Of a stretch of 64,000 nt of DNA, positions 16,849 to 27,080 are shown in pieces. This DNA is from a virus. Both the position numbers and the translations under genes were made by a program. The first letter of the stretch is position 1; each line of letters opens with the position of its first letter. The notes below the pieces were generated by a model. The model made no database searches. It had not been told where the DNA came from and saw nothing but the letters and a program-made list of their open reading frames with translations. The stretch covers positions 32,001 to 96,000 of the IMG/VR virus record IMGVR_UViG_3300032073_000008; one strand, written 5' to 3'.

Positions 16849-17925
16849 TTACTTTTTAATGCTTTTTGAAATGGCATTCAAGTACGCACTCATGCTAGGA
16901 TCAGCATGATTTGTCTCTTCAGTTAATTCATCTAACTCAAGAGGCTCTTCATCGACAACCACTTGCTCAGCGACAACTTCTTCTTTAGGGAAGTAGCTCT
17001 CTTTGAGTGTCTCTAACTTTTCAGCATATGAATCTTCATCTTCAAACTCTACGCCTTCAGACAAAGAAGCCAGCTTAACGGCTTGAGACTCTGTGATATC
17101 TTCGCAAGCAGAAGCTAAGATCGCAGATTTCTTTGACTCAACTAATTCTTTGCGAAGAACGATGTTTCTTTCCATTTCTTCATTGATTGAAGATTCGAGC
17201 TCAGTAACCTTAGATGCTAATTCATCAACAAGGTCAACTTTCTCTTCTGGAATATCGATGTAGTTTTCAGTGAACAGACTGCGTAAACCAGTCATGAAGT
17301 TCTCAACGATTTCTGCTCGAACTCCTTGCTCAACTGCTAACTCATTTTCTTGCATCCACTCTTCAGCGACATACTCTAAGTAGTCATCTAAGCGTGATGA
17401 AAGAGATTCATTAATGGTAGATTTTTCTGCTTCAAGTTCTGCTTCAAAATCAACAGTAACAGATTCTAAAACTTCGTTGACTTTTGAAACTACTGCAGCT
17501 TCAAAGATAGTTGTAGCTTTTGATACAAAATCTTCTGAAAGATCTTGACCACCAAACATTGCTTCAACATCTTCAGCGATAGATACATCTTCAGCACTAA
17601 TCTGACGGATTTCTTTGATAGATTGTGTATCAGCTTCTTCTGAAACTTCTTCAGCTTCAAAACCTTCAACCTTCAAAGATGCCATAACCTTACCATAGTT
17701 TGCTGCGATGTCGTCTTTCTTCATGCCTTTAACAGCATCCATCATAGCATTGATCATACCAACTTTTGTTTTGGGAGCAGGCACTTGTTTAGGAGCACCC
17801 TTCTTAATTTCTGCAGCATTGTCGTCAGCGATTTTTTCGCCATCAACTTCTGGTGCAGCATTCGCTTCTTCGAGAGCGTCATCAGTTTGCTCAACTTCTA
17901 CACCCTCTAGTTCTAAATCAGACAT
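16849..17925 (-). CDS. gp22: Prohead core scaffolding protein
   Basis: KATTIFEAAV, DDYLEYV..EWM.EN.LA, LFTENYIDIPEEKVD; acidic; between gp21 and gp23. Confidence 0.95.
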   Translation of the reverse strand: MSDLELEGVEVEQTDDALEEANAAPEVDGEKIADDNAAEIKKGAPKQVPAPKTKVGMINAMMDAVKGMKKDDIAANYGKVMASLKVEGFEAEEVSEEADTQSIKEIRQISAEDVSIAEDVEAMFGGQDLSEDFVSKATTIFEAAVVSKVNEVLESVTVDFEAELEAEKSTINESLSSRLDDYLEYVAEEWMQENELAVEQGVRAEIVENFMTGLRSLFTENYIDIPEEKVDLVDELASKVTELESSINEEMERNIVLRKELVESKKSAILASACEDITESQAVKLASLSEGVEFEDEDSYAEKLETLKESYFPKEEVVAEQVVVDEEPLELDELTEETNHADPSMSAYLNAISKSIKK

Positions 17926-17957
17926 GGATTTCTCCTTTAAATTAATTGAATACAGTC

Positions 17958-17965
17958 TATTTATA
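17958..17965 (-). promoter_or_regulatory. Late promoter for gp22
   Basis: TATAAATA. Confidence 0.8.
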
Positions 17966-17970
17966 AAAAT

Positions 17971-18627
17971 TTATAATTTGGAAATAAAGTCCTTAAAAAC
18001 AGCCAACTTTGTCTCTTCGAGCTCTTGAGAACTGGCTTTTTGAACTTCATTCTTATAATCAGCAATATTGGCTTCGCGGATAACACCGTTTTCCCAAACC
18101 CACTCTTTGCCTTCCATGATACCTTGCACGAAAGCATCTGGTGCTGATGGGTCTGCAACAATATCAGCTGCAGTTGCGAGATAGAAGTCATTTTGAACTT
18201 CACCAACACCAGCTTTTGTTTGTTTGACTGAACCCATACCACGAGATGAAACACCTAGTTGAGCACCCTCGTCCATCAAAGATTTGACGATAGCACCATA
18301 AGGAGTTTCTGTCATGATTTTAGCTTTACCAAGAAAGTTAGAACCATCACGCTTCAACTCAGTGATCATATGCGAAACACGCTCAAGATTTATAGTTGGA
18401 CCTTGTGGATGTCCAAGCTCACCATAAGCACGATTCTTTTCAACATACTCTTCAGAGTATCGTTTGATTTCTTTATCTAAAACCTCAGCAGGATATAATC
18501 GACCGTTGCGGTTTTGTATATCACCTTGCAAGAAAACACCTTCAATAAAATATGACTTCTTACCATCTTTATCTTTGGCTTCTGTAAGGTAATTAATATC
18601 TTCGTTTACTTCGCATATTAGCTTCAT
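17971..18627 (-). CDS. gp21: Prohead protease
   Basis: NRNGRLYP, GELGHP, GVSSRGMGS, ADIVADPSAPDAFV. Confidence 0.97.
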   Translation of the reverse strand: MKLICEVNEDINYLTEAKDKDGKKSYFIEGVFLQGDIQNRNGRLYPAEVLDKEIKRYSEEYVEKNRAYGELGHPQGPTINLERVSHMITELKRDGSNFLGKAKIMTETPYGAIVKSLMDEGAQLGVSSRGMGSVKQTKAGVGEVQNDFYLATAADIVADPSAPDAFVQGIMEGKEWVWENGVIREANIADYKNEVQKASSQELEETKLAVFKDFISKL

Positions 18628-18628
18628 A

Positions 18629-18886
18629 TTAGTAACCTGAGTTTGCTATAGCTGTGCCATAAAAGGTTGTAGCACCACGCAATCCTTGACTATCTGCTAA
18701 GTGGACTACAATACCAGAACCTGCAGCAACATATATTGTTCCTAAATCACCGCCATCTGCAGCATTACGAACAGTTGCAACCGCAGCAGAAGTATGAGTG
18801 TTAAACAGATAAACTGCGTGTTGACCTGTTGTTTTAAATTTTGTTGTTCCTGTGGCTAGTGCCGTTGCTGTTCCTAATACCTTCAT
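18629..18886 (-). CDS. Hypothetical 85-aa protein in the head cluster
   Basis: Ala/Thr/Gly-rich ORF tightly packed between the gp68-like gene and gp21. Confidence 0.7.
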   Translation of the reverse strand: MKVLGTATALATGTTKFKTTGQHAVYLFNTHTSAAVATVRNAADGGDLGTIYVAAGSGIVVHLADSQGLRGATTFYGTAIANSGY

Positions 18887-19350
18887 TATTTACCCCCGAA
18901 TGCGATGTCAACCAACTGAAACATTCCTTCAGGCGATTTTTCTAACATCTTTTCAGCCTTTTTTGCATTAGCAGGCTTTAGTTTATTTAGCATGTTAACA
19001 AGAGCAGAAGCAGTAGTCATGTCTATTGTCTCAGACTTACCATCACCGAACTTAACCTTCTTTGCTGCTTTTTTCTTAACAATATCGTTTAACTGATCTA
19101 CAACTTTTCCCTCAGATAAGTCACTTTCCTCATCTTGTTCAGTTTCAGTTTCTTCAGTGATCTCAGCACGATCACCATCGAATTGATGATCTCCAGCAAC
19201 TGGATGTTTTGTTACAGTCATCTTGTGCTTGGCTTTAAAATCTTTTTCGCCTTTTGGTTTTGGTTCTAATTGATCCTTTTCAGTATTATCATTAGGACGA
19301 CCGCCTGATGCAGCTTCAGATACAAATGTCTTAAATCTTTTGATAGGCAT
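18886..19350 (-). CDS. Prohead core protein (gp68 position)
   Basis: KRFKTFVSEA N-terminus typical of T4-like internal head proteins; synteny. Confidence 0.6.
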   Translation of the reverse strand: MPIKRFKTFVSEAASGGRPNDNTEKDQLEPKPKGEKDFKAKHKMTVTKHPVAGDHQFDGDRAEITEETETEQDEESDLSEGKVVDQLNDIVKKKAAKKVKFGDGKSETIDMTTASALVNMLNKLKPANAKKAEKMLEKSPEGMFQLVDIAFGGK

Positions 19351-19352
19351 TA

Positions 19353-19544
19353 CTAATCCTCTGGTTCTTGATTATCTTGTTGTGACATAAAGTTTGTTGA
19401 AACCTCATGTTTTTTAATTTCTACAGCATCTTTAATTTTGTCCATCAACAAGTCGTTGACGACATCTTTAAACCCTGATACATCGCCTTCTGCAGCTTTA
19501 TTTATTGCGTCTAAAGATGTTACAGTTTCTTGTTCTTCGCTCAT
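19353..19544 (-). CDS. Small acidic prohead core protein (gp67 position)
   Basis: Follows gp20; GGAG SD before MSEEQE. Confidence 0.6.
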   Translation of the reverse strand: MSEEQETVTSLDAINKAAEGDVSGFKDVVNDLLMDKIKDAVEIKKHEVSTNFMSQQDNQEPED

Positions 19545-19556
19545 AATAATCTCCAA

Positions 19557-19572
19557 TATTTATATATTTATA
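19557..19572 (-). promoter_or_regulatory. Tandem late promoters
   Basis: TATAAATA-TATAAATA. Confidence 0.75.
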
Positions 19573-19589
19573 AGATAAATCTCTTACAA

Positions 19590-21071
19590 TTAAAATTCGT
19601 TATCGTCACCATCACCTTCATCAGCGATATCTTTATCCATCTGTTCAATATCTTCTTCTGTCTGCATAAGAACATTTTTACGGATCCATGCTGTGGAGAA
19701 ATATTTACCAGTATATTGGTCAACATCTTGAAGTAGTGATAATCTTTCTCTCATAACTTCAGATGTTTTCAATTCAGAAAAATGGTTGTCTTCAGCGAAA
19801 TTAAACCGCAATTCTTTCTTTATTTCAGACCACTCTTCTTTTGTTATAACGCCTTTCAAAAGTAGTTGCTTTTCAAGAAGAATCATAAACAATTCTGAAA
19901 AACGACTTCTTAATCTTTTAACAAACTTAGAAAACTTTAACTCGTCACGAGTTATCTCGGATGCTCTTCCAAGATTAAATTGTCCATCTGACTGTAATCT
20001 TGATGAAGGAACATTAAGAGATTCATAAAGTTTTCTGCGAAAATATTCTACATCATCCATCTCTCCAAGATTTTGCCCACCTGGAAGTGTGGTGATTTCT
20101 GTTCCGCTACTACCTTCTCTTCTTGGTAGCCAATAATCTTCAAGCATAGTAAGAAATTTACGATCATCTCTAACTTCACCAGTGTTAGCATCATAGACTA
20201 ATTTATTCTTATGCTTAACCATCATATCTCGTAGATATTGTTCAGCTTTTGCTTTGGGCAAATTACCTACATCGATATAAAATATTCTTCTTTCTGGTGC
20301 ACGAGCTAGACGATAAATAATTGTCGCATCTTCTAACATACGCAACTGATTCAAGGGCTTAACAGCTTTGTGTAAATGCCCAAGAACCATTGAATTCTTT
20401 TGATCCATAACACCGCTATGGATATATGCGATAGCATCAGGAGCAATCTTAACACCCGAATTACCAGCACTTACTCCTTTGCCAGAGTAAATAAAATATT
20501 CATTATATTGTTTACCAATAACACCTTGTCTGTCAGCACCGCCATTTTTTGGTTTCTTTTCAGTCCTGACTTTTTTGATCTTTCTTGGATCAATATATCT
20601 GAGTTCTTGTATTCCTTTTCTGGGATTAGCAGTATCAATCATCAGATGATAATACAACCTTCCATCAACATACCAATTACGGAATATGTCATATCCGCTG
20701 TTCTCAAAATGCATTAAATTAAGAATTCCGTCAAACTCTTCACGGATCCTTTCTTTGATTGCATCTGGTTGCTCGACTTCGTCAACAACAACCTCAACAG
20801 CAGCACTACTATCTTCAAACACAACAGCTTCATTAATAATATCATCTACAGCCTTGTCACATTCACCTTGATATGACATTTCTCTGTATTTTGTTATCAA
20901 TGTAACTTCAGTTTTAGCAGATCCTTCAAGATCAACTGTAGTGCCGAAAGCACCACCTGCATTCACATCTATCGTACCATCTATGTTAGGTGGTGGTGCG
21001 AATGACTGTACTGTTGGTGGTGCTTCTTGTTCTTTGCGTCCGATCTGAAAACCGAAAAGTTCTATTGCCAT
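19590..21071 (-). CDS. gp20: Portal vertex protein
   Basis: WYVDGR, YRLARAPERRIFYIDVGNLPK.KAEQY, EDYWLPRREG. Confidence 0.98.
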   Translation of the reverse strand: MAIELFGFQIGRKEQEAPPTVQSFAPPPNIDGTIDVNAGGAFGTTVDLEGSAKTEVTLITKYREMSYQGECDKAVDDIINEAVVFEDSSAAVEVVVDEVEQPDAIKERIREEFDGILNLMHFENSGYDIFRNWYVDGRLYYHLMIDTANPRKGIQELRYIDPRKIKKVRTEKKPKNGGADRQGVIGKQYNEYFIYSGKGVSAGNSGVKIAPDAIAYIHSGVMDQKNSMVLGHLHKAVKPLNQLRMLEDATIIYRLARAPERRIFYIDVGNLPKAKAEQYLRDMMVKHKNKLVYDANTGEVRDDRKFLTMLEDYWLPRREGSSGTEITTLPGGQNLGEMDDVEYFRRKLYESLNVPSSRLQSDGQFNLGRASEITRDELKFSKFVKRLRSRFSELFMILLEKQLLLKGVITKEEWSEIKKELRFNFAEDNHFSELKTSEVMRERLSLLQDVDQYTGKYFSTAWIRKNVLMQTEEDIEQMDKDIADEGDGDDNEF

Positions 21072-21140
21072 TATGGTCAATCCTCATCATTAATAGGGGC
21101 ATCATACTATTTATGCCTGCCCCTAGATCACTTTTTTGGA

Positions 21141-21686
21141 CTAAATTCCGCCAGCGTTTCCAGTAACACCGCCAGATACTTCCCAATAATCATATTGGAA
21201 TGTCACAGTGTACTCTTGGATTGCATCACTATCCCATGCTAAGTCGATGGTGCCAACTTCAGATGGATACAAGCCAACAAAGTTATAAACACGGAGTATA
21301 GCACCGTCTTTACCAAACTGTGTTACTTGTGCATTAGCTTTATATAGGCTTGGAGCAGAGCCAGACTGATTAACATTACCTTGAGCAGTGTTAATTGAGT
21401 TTGACCATGCTTCCATAGCATTTCGGACTGCGAAGTCTTCGTCATTAATAATAGTTGGTGCCCATTCAGCATAAGTACGATTACCAGCCAACTTAATTTG
21501 ACGACCGAAGTATGGAACTTCAACCGTACCAAGCGTAGAGGCAGGTATTTGTGCAGCCTTTGTCATAAAAGGCACTTGTGCATCAGCAACACCGTTAATT
21601 GGATTTGTAATCTGGACTTGGAAGAGTGATGCTCTTGCACCACCCCCAGTTAAAGCTCCAGCAAAATCATTTACATTAAACGCCAT
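21141..21686 (-). CDS. gp19: Tail tube protein
   Basis: AAQIPAS.LG.VEVPYFGRQIK.AG.RT...W, NDEDF, FQYDYW. Confidence 0.96.
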   Translation of the reverse strand: MAFNVNDFAGALTGGGARASLFQVQITNPINGVADAQVPFMTKAAQIPASTLGTVEVPYFGRQIKLAGNRTYAEWAPTIINDEDFAVRNAMEAWSNSINTAQGNVNQSGSAPSLYKANAQVTQFGKDGAILRVYNFVGLYPSEVGTIDLAWDSDAIQEYTVTFQYDYWEVSGGVTGNAGGI

Positions 21687-21716
21687 TTTTTTTATCTCCC
21701 GATTCTTATTTTATAT

Positions 21717-23663
21717 TTATGCACGACCAACAATTTCAGAAAACTCAACGCCAGTTCGTACAGCAACAAAGTTCAACTGAATAAAGTTGATTGATCGGGC
21801 TGGTTTGATATAGATGTCGCCTATGAATTCATTACGATCTATAACTTCGCCAGTGTTATTTGTTCCGTCACATACTACAACGAAATCATTAATACCACGA
21901 CGACCTTGAACATCTCTTAAGAAAGGTTCAACTAAGTTCTTAAATTGACTTCTAGTGAATTCATCATTGAATTCGAATAAAGTAAATTGTGAAGCTGTAG
22001 AAATAGCCTTTTCTAGTACGATGAACAGTCTACGAACATTAATACGATCAAATGCAGACGGTTTAGCTAACAGCGTCTTGTCTCCAAACAGTACAGTACC
22101 TTGTCCTGGAAATGTGACAACTGGATTAATGCCTTTCTTATAAAGGGCATCACGATCGCCTTTAGTTGGATTATATGCTAATTTGACAACGCTCTTAACA
22201 TTACCGCGATTGAATCCAGCAGGTGAGTACCAAGGATCACGAGTAGTGTCAGTTTGTACCATCAAACCAGCTGTATCGGCATTTAAAGGAATGTAACGGT
22301 AAACATCATTGTACTTATCATACATGTACTTCCAGCCACCATCCATAACTGCGTATGAAGATGAAGGTAATGAGTCGCGGAATGCAATTACATCAGCAAC
22401 CTCTTTACCAGCATATGAGTTGTTGTTAACAACATCAGCATACTCTGGTGAGATTACAGCGATACAATCTTTACGACTTTCAGCAATGTTTGTAATTAGG
22501 TATGTTGCTAATGTTTGGTCAGCATTACCACCCAACAAGAATGATACATCAACATCTTCAGAGGATTTGAATAAATCATATCCAACTATTTTTTGTGCTC
22601 CAGTCAGATCATTACCATCAGTACCACCAGAAAGCGAGATGTTTTTAACACCTGATTTTATAGTCGCTTGATCAACAGTAAATGATTCGTCGGCTTCTGA
22701 TGTTGTAGTTCCATCTAAAAATGTTTTATCAGAAACTTTAATAAATTGAGATTGTTGGTTTATAACTTCTCGGAAATTATTTCCTGCACCTTCTGCTGTT
22801 TTTGCATCAATTGCTTTGGAAACAGAGCTATATGTTTCTAAGATAGCATTTTTGGTTCCTGTAATAAGACCATCTTCATCTATGACTGCTATATGAAGCT
22901 CATCAGTCGTACCACCACGATTAGTAGCAGTTGCTGAAGTTCCAGGTGCAGTATCAAAACTGTTGAAGTATTCCCAATTTCGTATTACACCATATTGCGC
23001 ATTTGATGTTGTTCCATTATAGGTATCATCAATGAGCAATGTTACAAAAGCAGTGCTATTTGCGGATGGACCAGTACCAGTGGTTGTCACACTCAAAACT
23101 TTACTATCATGAGCGTTGTTTTCACCTACAGATACTATATCACCCACGCTAAACTGTTCAGCTAAAGCGGTTGCTTGTGAATCGCCAGCAGCATCTATTA
23201 CAACAGATTTTGTTCCATTAGCAATTGTGTGTTTATCAGCTAATGTTTTTTGATATCCATTTGCACTAGCACAAACTGAAATTTTTATAGAGTTTCCTAA
23301 TTTTCCAGGATACTTAGCATAAAAATTATCAGTTGTTGGTACAGTTGAATCATCATTTTTAATCATAACCTCAAAATTAGATTCTGATGCATTATTTGCT
23401 CCAGGACCAGCAACACGCACAACATTAAGTGCATTGCCGTATGCTAAAAAGTTTGCAGCCGTGAAAAAATCAACTGCATTATTTGAGTTCGGTTTTTGGA
23501 AAGTGCTCACAAGTCGATCTTCAGAGTCAACTAAAACTCTGTCCTCTACTGGACCCCACCTAAACTGACCAGCAATTGCACCTTCTGTGGTGGAAACTGC
23601 AGGAACAACTGTGGTAAGGTCGATCTCGCTTACATTAACTCCAGGACTTACTTGGAATGGCAT
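21717..23663 (-). CDS. gp18: Tail sheath protein
   Basis: SPGV.VSEIDLT, PWYSPAG.NRG, AFDRINVRRLF, IYIKPARSINFI.LNFVA. Confidence 0.98.
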   Translation of the reverse strand: MPFQVSPGVNVSEIDLTTVVPAVSTTEGAIAGQFRWGPVEDRVLVDSEDRLVSTFQKPNSNNAVDFFTAANFLAYGNALNVVRVAGPGANNASESNFEVMIKNDDSTVPTTDNFYAKYPGKLGNSIKISVCASANGYQKTLADKHTIANGTKSVVIDAAGDSQATALAEQFSVGDIVSVGENNAHDSKVLSVTTTGTGPSANSTAFVTLLIDDTYNGTTSNAQYGVIRNWEYFNSFDTAPGTSATATNRGGTTDELHIAVIDEDGLITGTKNAILETYSSVSKAIDAKTAEGAGNNFREVINQQSQFIKVSDKTFLDGTTTSEADESFTVDQATIKSGVKNISLSGGTDGNDLTGAQKIVGYDLFKSSEDVDVSFLLGGNADQTLATYLITNIAESRKDCIAVISPEYADVVNNNSYAGKEVADVIAFRDSLPSSSYAVMDGGWKYMYDKYNDVYRYIPLNADTAGLMVQTDTTRDPWYSPAGFNRGNVKSVVKLAYNPTKGDRDALYKKGINPVVTFPGQGTVLFGDKTLLAKPSAFDRINVRRLFIVLEKAISTASQFTLFEFNDEFTRSQFKNLVEPFLRDVQGRRGINDFVVVCDGTNNTGEVIDRNEFIGDIYIKPARSINFIQLNFVAVRTGVEFSEIVGRA

Positions 23664-23707
23664 TGTTATTCTCCTTTGGAAGAGTTTTTATTTCAATTCA
23701 GACTTGA

Positions 23708-23715
23708 TATTTATA
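23708..23715 (-). promoter_or_regulatory. Late promoter for gp18
   Basis: TATAAATA. Confidence 0.85.
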
Positions 23716-23727
23716 AAAACTCAATGT

Positions 23728-25368
23728 TTAGTAATTTTCAAAGTTCCCATGAGTGATGTAATCTTGCGTGTCAAATGGGTCAGATGGTGTGTAATCTACA
23801 ACATTATCATCAGGTATGCCATCATCATGGAACCCAAATGGTAACATACTCTCCATCATTTCTTGATCTGTTTTTTCTCTTAATTGGATTAGTGTATTTA
23901 TGTCTGTCATATCTTTAAAATATGACTGGTCTGTCAGCCATGCAAATAAAACAAGACACATCACTAGATCATCATGAGCACCAGACTCTGCTTCATACGA
24001 GTTTCTTTTTCTCGAGAAAGTTGATAGCTCTTTTATAGTATTAAAATCGTTAATTATAAGTTGATCTTGTTCAATCAACAGCTTTAGTATAGAACATCCT
24101 ACAGCCTTCACGCTTTTAGTTGTTCTAATTCCTTTATCACACCTTTTGCTGAACCCAGTTGATATTCTTTTACCTGATCTTCCAGCACTTTCGGTGAATA
24201 ATATGTTTTCATATTCAAATTCATAATGAAGAAGCTCTGCGACTTGTTCACCAATATCATTTATTTCAACTAATACAGTCGCTTCATTAAAGCTCTTGCA
24301 TGTTCTATATATTACTTCTGAGTATTCAGCAGGAGTGATAAAGTTATCTCTGTAAACACAGACTTGTTTATATGGCATTTCTGTTATGTCTATTATCTGA
24401 AATGCTGAATAGTCTAAACCCTTTCCTCTTGATACATCAACGACACAAGCATAGGTATGATCTGGCTGTCCTTGATCATACATTGATATGCCACTACCCT
24501 CAACTAATGGTCTTTTATCCACTAATGTTTTTAGTTTACTACCATCAATCAATGTTCCAGAACTGCCAAGAAACTCACACTCATATTCTTGAGCAAACTT
24601 CTCAAGATCATAATCCATAGACTGCAATGTTTCTTCTTTCCAAGCATCATCTCTTCCAGGAACATCAGTCCAATTTACCCTGACATACTCATATCCATTT
24701 TTACCATCTCTAGCACCTTCGCAAGTTTTATAAAAATGATTCAAACCATTTGGTGTGGATGTCAATAATATTTTAGTTGTGTTACCAGAAGATATTGTGG
24801 GGAATACAGAAGCAAAAAATTCATCCCAATTATCTACGAATGCAGTTTCATCAATGTATAGGAATGATACAGACTTACCACGAATAGCAGATGAGGATGT
24901 TGCAGCAGCAATAATTTTACAACCATTCTCAAACTGAACTGAACCTTTGTTCCACTCAACGACACCTTGTTGCATCCATTGCGGTAGTGCTTCATATGCA
25001 ATCTTAATTCTGTCAAGAATCTCACGAGCTGAGTCGCCCTTGTTCGCAAGCAACGCAACAGTCTTATGCTCATTGAATAGAATGAAGTGTAATATAACAG
25101 CAACTGCGGTTGTAGTTTTACCTGCCTGCCGAGATGTGACCACAGTTACTCTACGATTATCAGTTATCTTCTCAATAATATCTCGTTGATAATCATACAG
25201 ACGCATTGGTATTAGACCGTGATCTACATGAACAATTTGTATGTAGTTCTCAGCAAAATAGAGTGGATCTTTAGCACACTTCACATATTCTGTGACTTGC
25301 TCTTGAGTCCAGCTGATCTGAACACCCTTCTTTTTGAGAAGAGCATTTCCATTATATGTATCAGCCAA
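23728..25368 (-). CDS. gp17: Terminase large subunit
   Basis: SRQAGKTT, YIDETAF, STPNGLNHFY, VDVSRG.G.DYS, HDDLVM. Confidence 0.98.
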   Translation of the reverse strand: MADTYNGNALLKKKGVQISWTQEQVTEYVKCAKDPLYFAENYIQIVHVDHGLIPMRLYDYQRDIIEKITDNRRVTVVTSRQAGKTTTAVAVILHFILFNEHKTVALLANKGDSAREILDRIKIAYEALPQWMQQGVVEWNKGSVQFENGCKIIAAATSSSAIRGKSVSFLYIDETAFVDNWDEFFASVFPTISSGNTTKILLTSTPNGLNHFYKTCEGARDGKNGYEYVRVNWTDVPGRDDAWKEETLQSMDYDLEKFAQEYECEFLGSSGTLIDGSKLKTLVDKRPLVEGSGISMYDQGQPDHTYACVVDVSRGKGLDYSAFQIIDITEMPYKQVCVYRDNFITPAEYSEVIYRTCKSFNEATVLVEINDIGEQVAELLHYEFEYENILFTESAGRSGKRISTGFSKRCDKGIRTTKSVKAVGCSILKLLIEQDQLIINDFNTIKELSTFSRKRNSYEAESGAHDDLVMCLVLFAWLTDQSYFKDMTDINTLIQLREKTDQEMMESMLPFGFHDDGIPDDNVVDYTPSDPFDTQDYITHGNFENY

Positions 25369-25807
25369 TTACGACAATGCCTTCTTTTATTAATCGCTCA
25401 CGATTTTTTAAATGAGCTTCAGCAATATCATCTTTGTTTTGTCCGTGATAAGCGACAGCAAAACCTTCATCGATCATGATCTGAGTGGCTGGACGCCATG
25501 AATCAGTAGTTGCATCGTAGACATCAAAGTCACCAAGTATACGACCGAACTTACCTTTCATATCTTCGCCTTTTTTACTCACTTGAGTTTTAAGGACAGA
25601 CTGTTTACCGAGTAATGATTTTAGCTTTTCTTTGGCAGCAAGACCAAACTTTTTTTCAACCTTATCGCGAGTACGAGATTCAGGAGTATCAATACCCATA
25701 ACACGAACACGCTCGCCTTTAAGCCATATACCAAACCCCAGATCAATATCTACATCTACAGTATCGCCATCTACGACACGAACAATCTTACATCTATAAT
25801 CATACAT
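25361..25807 (-). CDS. Thermonuclease (staphylococcal-nuclease-like)
   Basis: RVVDGDTVDVDIDLGF, RVR..GIDTPESRT, KGKFGRILG. Confidence 0.9.
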   Translation of the reverse strand: MYDYRCKIVRVVDGDTVDVDIDLGFGIWLKGERVRVMGIDTPESRTRDKVEKKFGLAAKEKLKSLLGKQSVLKTQVSKKGEDMKGKFGRILGDFDVYDATTDSWRPATQIMIDEGFAVAYHGQNKDDIAEAHLKNRERLIKEGIVVIG

Positions 25808-26234
25808 CTTTTTCTTCACCTTTAATTAATTTTTGTAAATCTGCTGTGCTACCAACAAACAGAGCATTATTAGTCACATTTGCTGGTTGATTATTTTCTT
25901 CTTCGCGCAGAAGTTTAACTTTCTTTTGAATGTCTAACAAATCTTTATTTGCATCAACAAGAGTTTTTGTTAGTTGTGAAACAACTTCGAATGCTCTTGG
26001 ATGTTCACTTGCTTTGGCTAACTCAAGCAAATTATCAAGAGCATATGAACCTTTCTCTATAACATCATAGAGATTATCTCTGGCATAGGTGTAGTCTTTA
26101 GAGACATCATCTGGCAGATTTTTTGTTTTCTCTTCAAAGTTTGAACGAACTAATGATTGTTTTGGTTCATCATCTACAAGCTCTGCTTCAACTTCAAAAA
26201 TTTCATTCAAATTATCTGTGACATTGTTTTTCAT
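25800..26234 (-). CDS. gp16: Terminase small subunit
   Basis: DYTYARDNLY, SEHPRAFEV, NNALFVGST.DLQK. Confidence 0.95.
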   Translation of the reverse strand: MKNNVTDNLNEIFEVEAELVDDEPKQSLVRSNFEEKTKNLPDDVSKDYTYARDNLYDVIEKGSYALDNLLELAKASEHPRAFEVVSQLTKTLVDANKDLLDIQKKVKLLREEENNQPANVTNNALFVGSTADLQKLIKGEEKDV

Positions 26235-26246
26235 AATTTTTCATAC

Positions 26247-27080
26247 CTAATCATCAATACCATCAAAGAAATCAAACTTATCAAAGGCTAATCCATATGT
26301 GCTGTTTGCACTCACCGATGAATATGCTACACTTGCTGACGAGTTTGTTGTTGGTGAACCATTTGCCAATAATCCTGGACTCAGTTTAATTCTACTGCTC
26401 GGTGCTTCATTTGTAGCTAGTGGCGACAATGTAGACGGCATGTTAAAATCGACCGTTGATCTTTTGATCACACCTCTATTGCTAGTTGGTCCAAAAATAT
26501 AACCCTTGACTGTGAAGTTAAAAGTGTATATAATAGCTCTGCGAGTTTGAAAGTCTGCTTCATATGCATCTTCAATCGACATACCTTGCATGACTGTTGG
26601 TATGTCATAATAATGACCAGTCTCTTTAACCAACTTCAAACTGTGAGTAAACTCAGGTCTAAAGTAAGGCAGAATCTGTTCTGTAACCTGAACAGCATCT
26701 TCATTGTTAGCAAACATACCATATAAAGAAATATTTATATCATATGGCACAGGTGTAAACTGAGAAACAGAAGCATTGTTGTTAGAAGAAATAGCTGTAT
26801 TTTTCTGTAACTTATTTAATCCTCTGTTTGGAGAATATGACATATCAGTAATTTCAAACGAAAGTCTCGGGAGCTGAGTAGCAACTTGTCTATTCAAGTT
26901 TGGATCTTGATTTAATCTCGCCAAGAACTTTTCTTTTGGTCCATATGCTATCGGTACACGAATTGATTGAACAGCTACACCGCTTGTGTTAAAGCGAACA
27001 ACATCAATATCGTTGAACATTGAGCCAAACATAATGATATATTTTCGAATCGCACCGTGATTATAATAGTTACCAAACAT
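26247..27080 (-). CDS. gp15: Tail sheath stabiliser / completion protein
   Basis: VPIAYGPKEKFLARL, LPRLSFE, EQILPYF.P. Confidence 0.95.
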   Translation of the reverse strand: MFGNYYNHGAIRKYIIMFGSMFNDIDVVRFNTSGVAVQSIRVPIAYGPKEKFLARLNQDPNLNRQVATQLPRLSFEITDMSYSPNRGLNKLQKNTAISSNNNASVSQFTPVPYDINISLYGMFANNEDAVQVTEQILPYFRPEFTHSLKLVKETGHYYDIPTVMQGMSIEDAYEADFQTRRAIIYTFNFTVKGYIFGPTSNRGVIKRSTVDFNMPSTLSPLATNEAPSSRIKLSPGLLANGSPTTNSSASVAYSSVSANSTYGLAFDKFDFFDGIDD

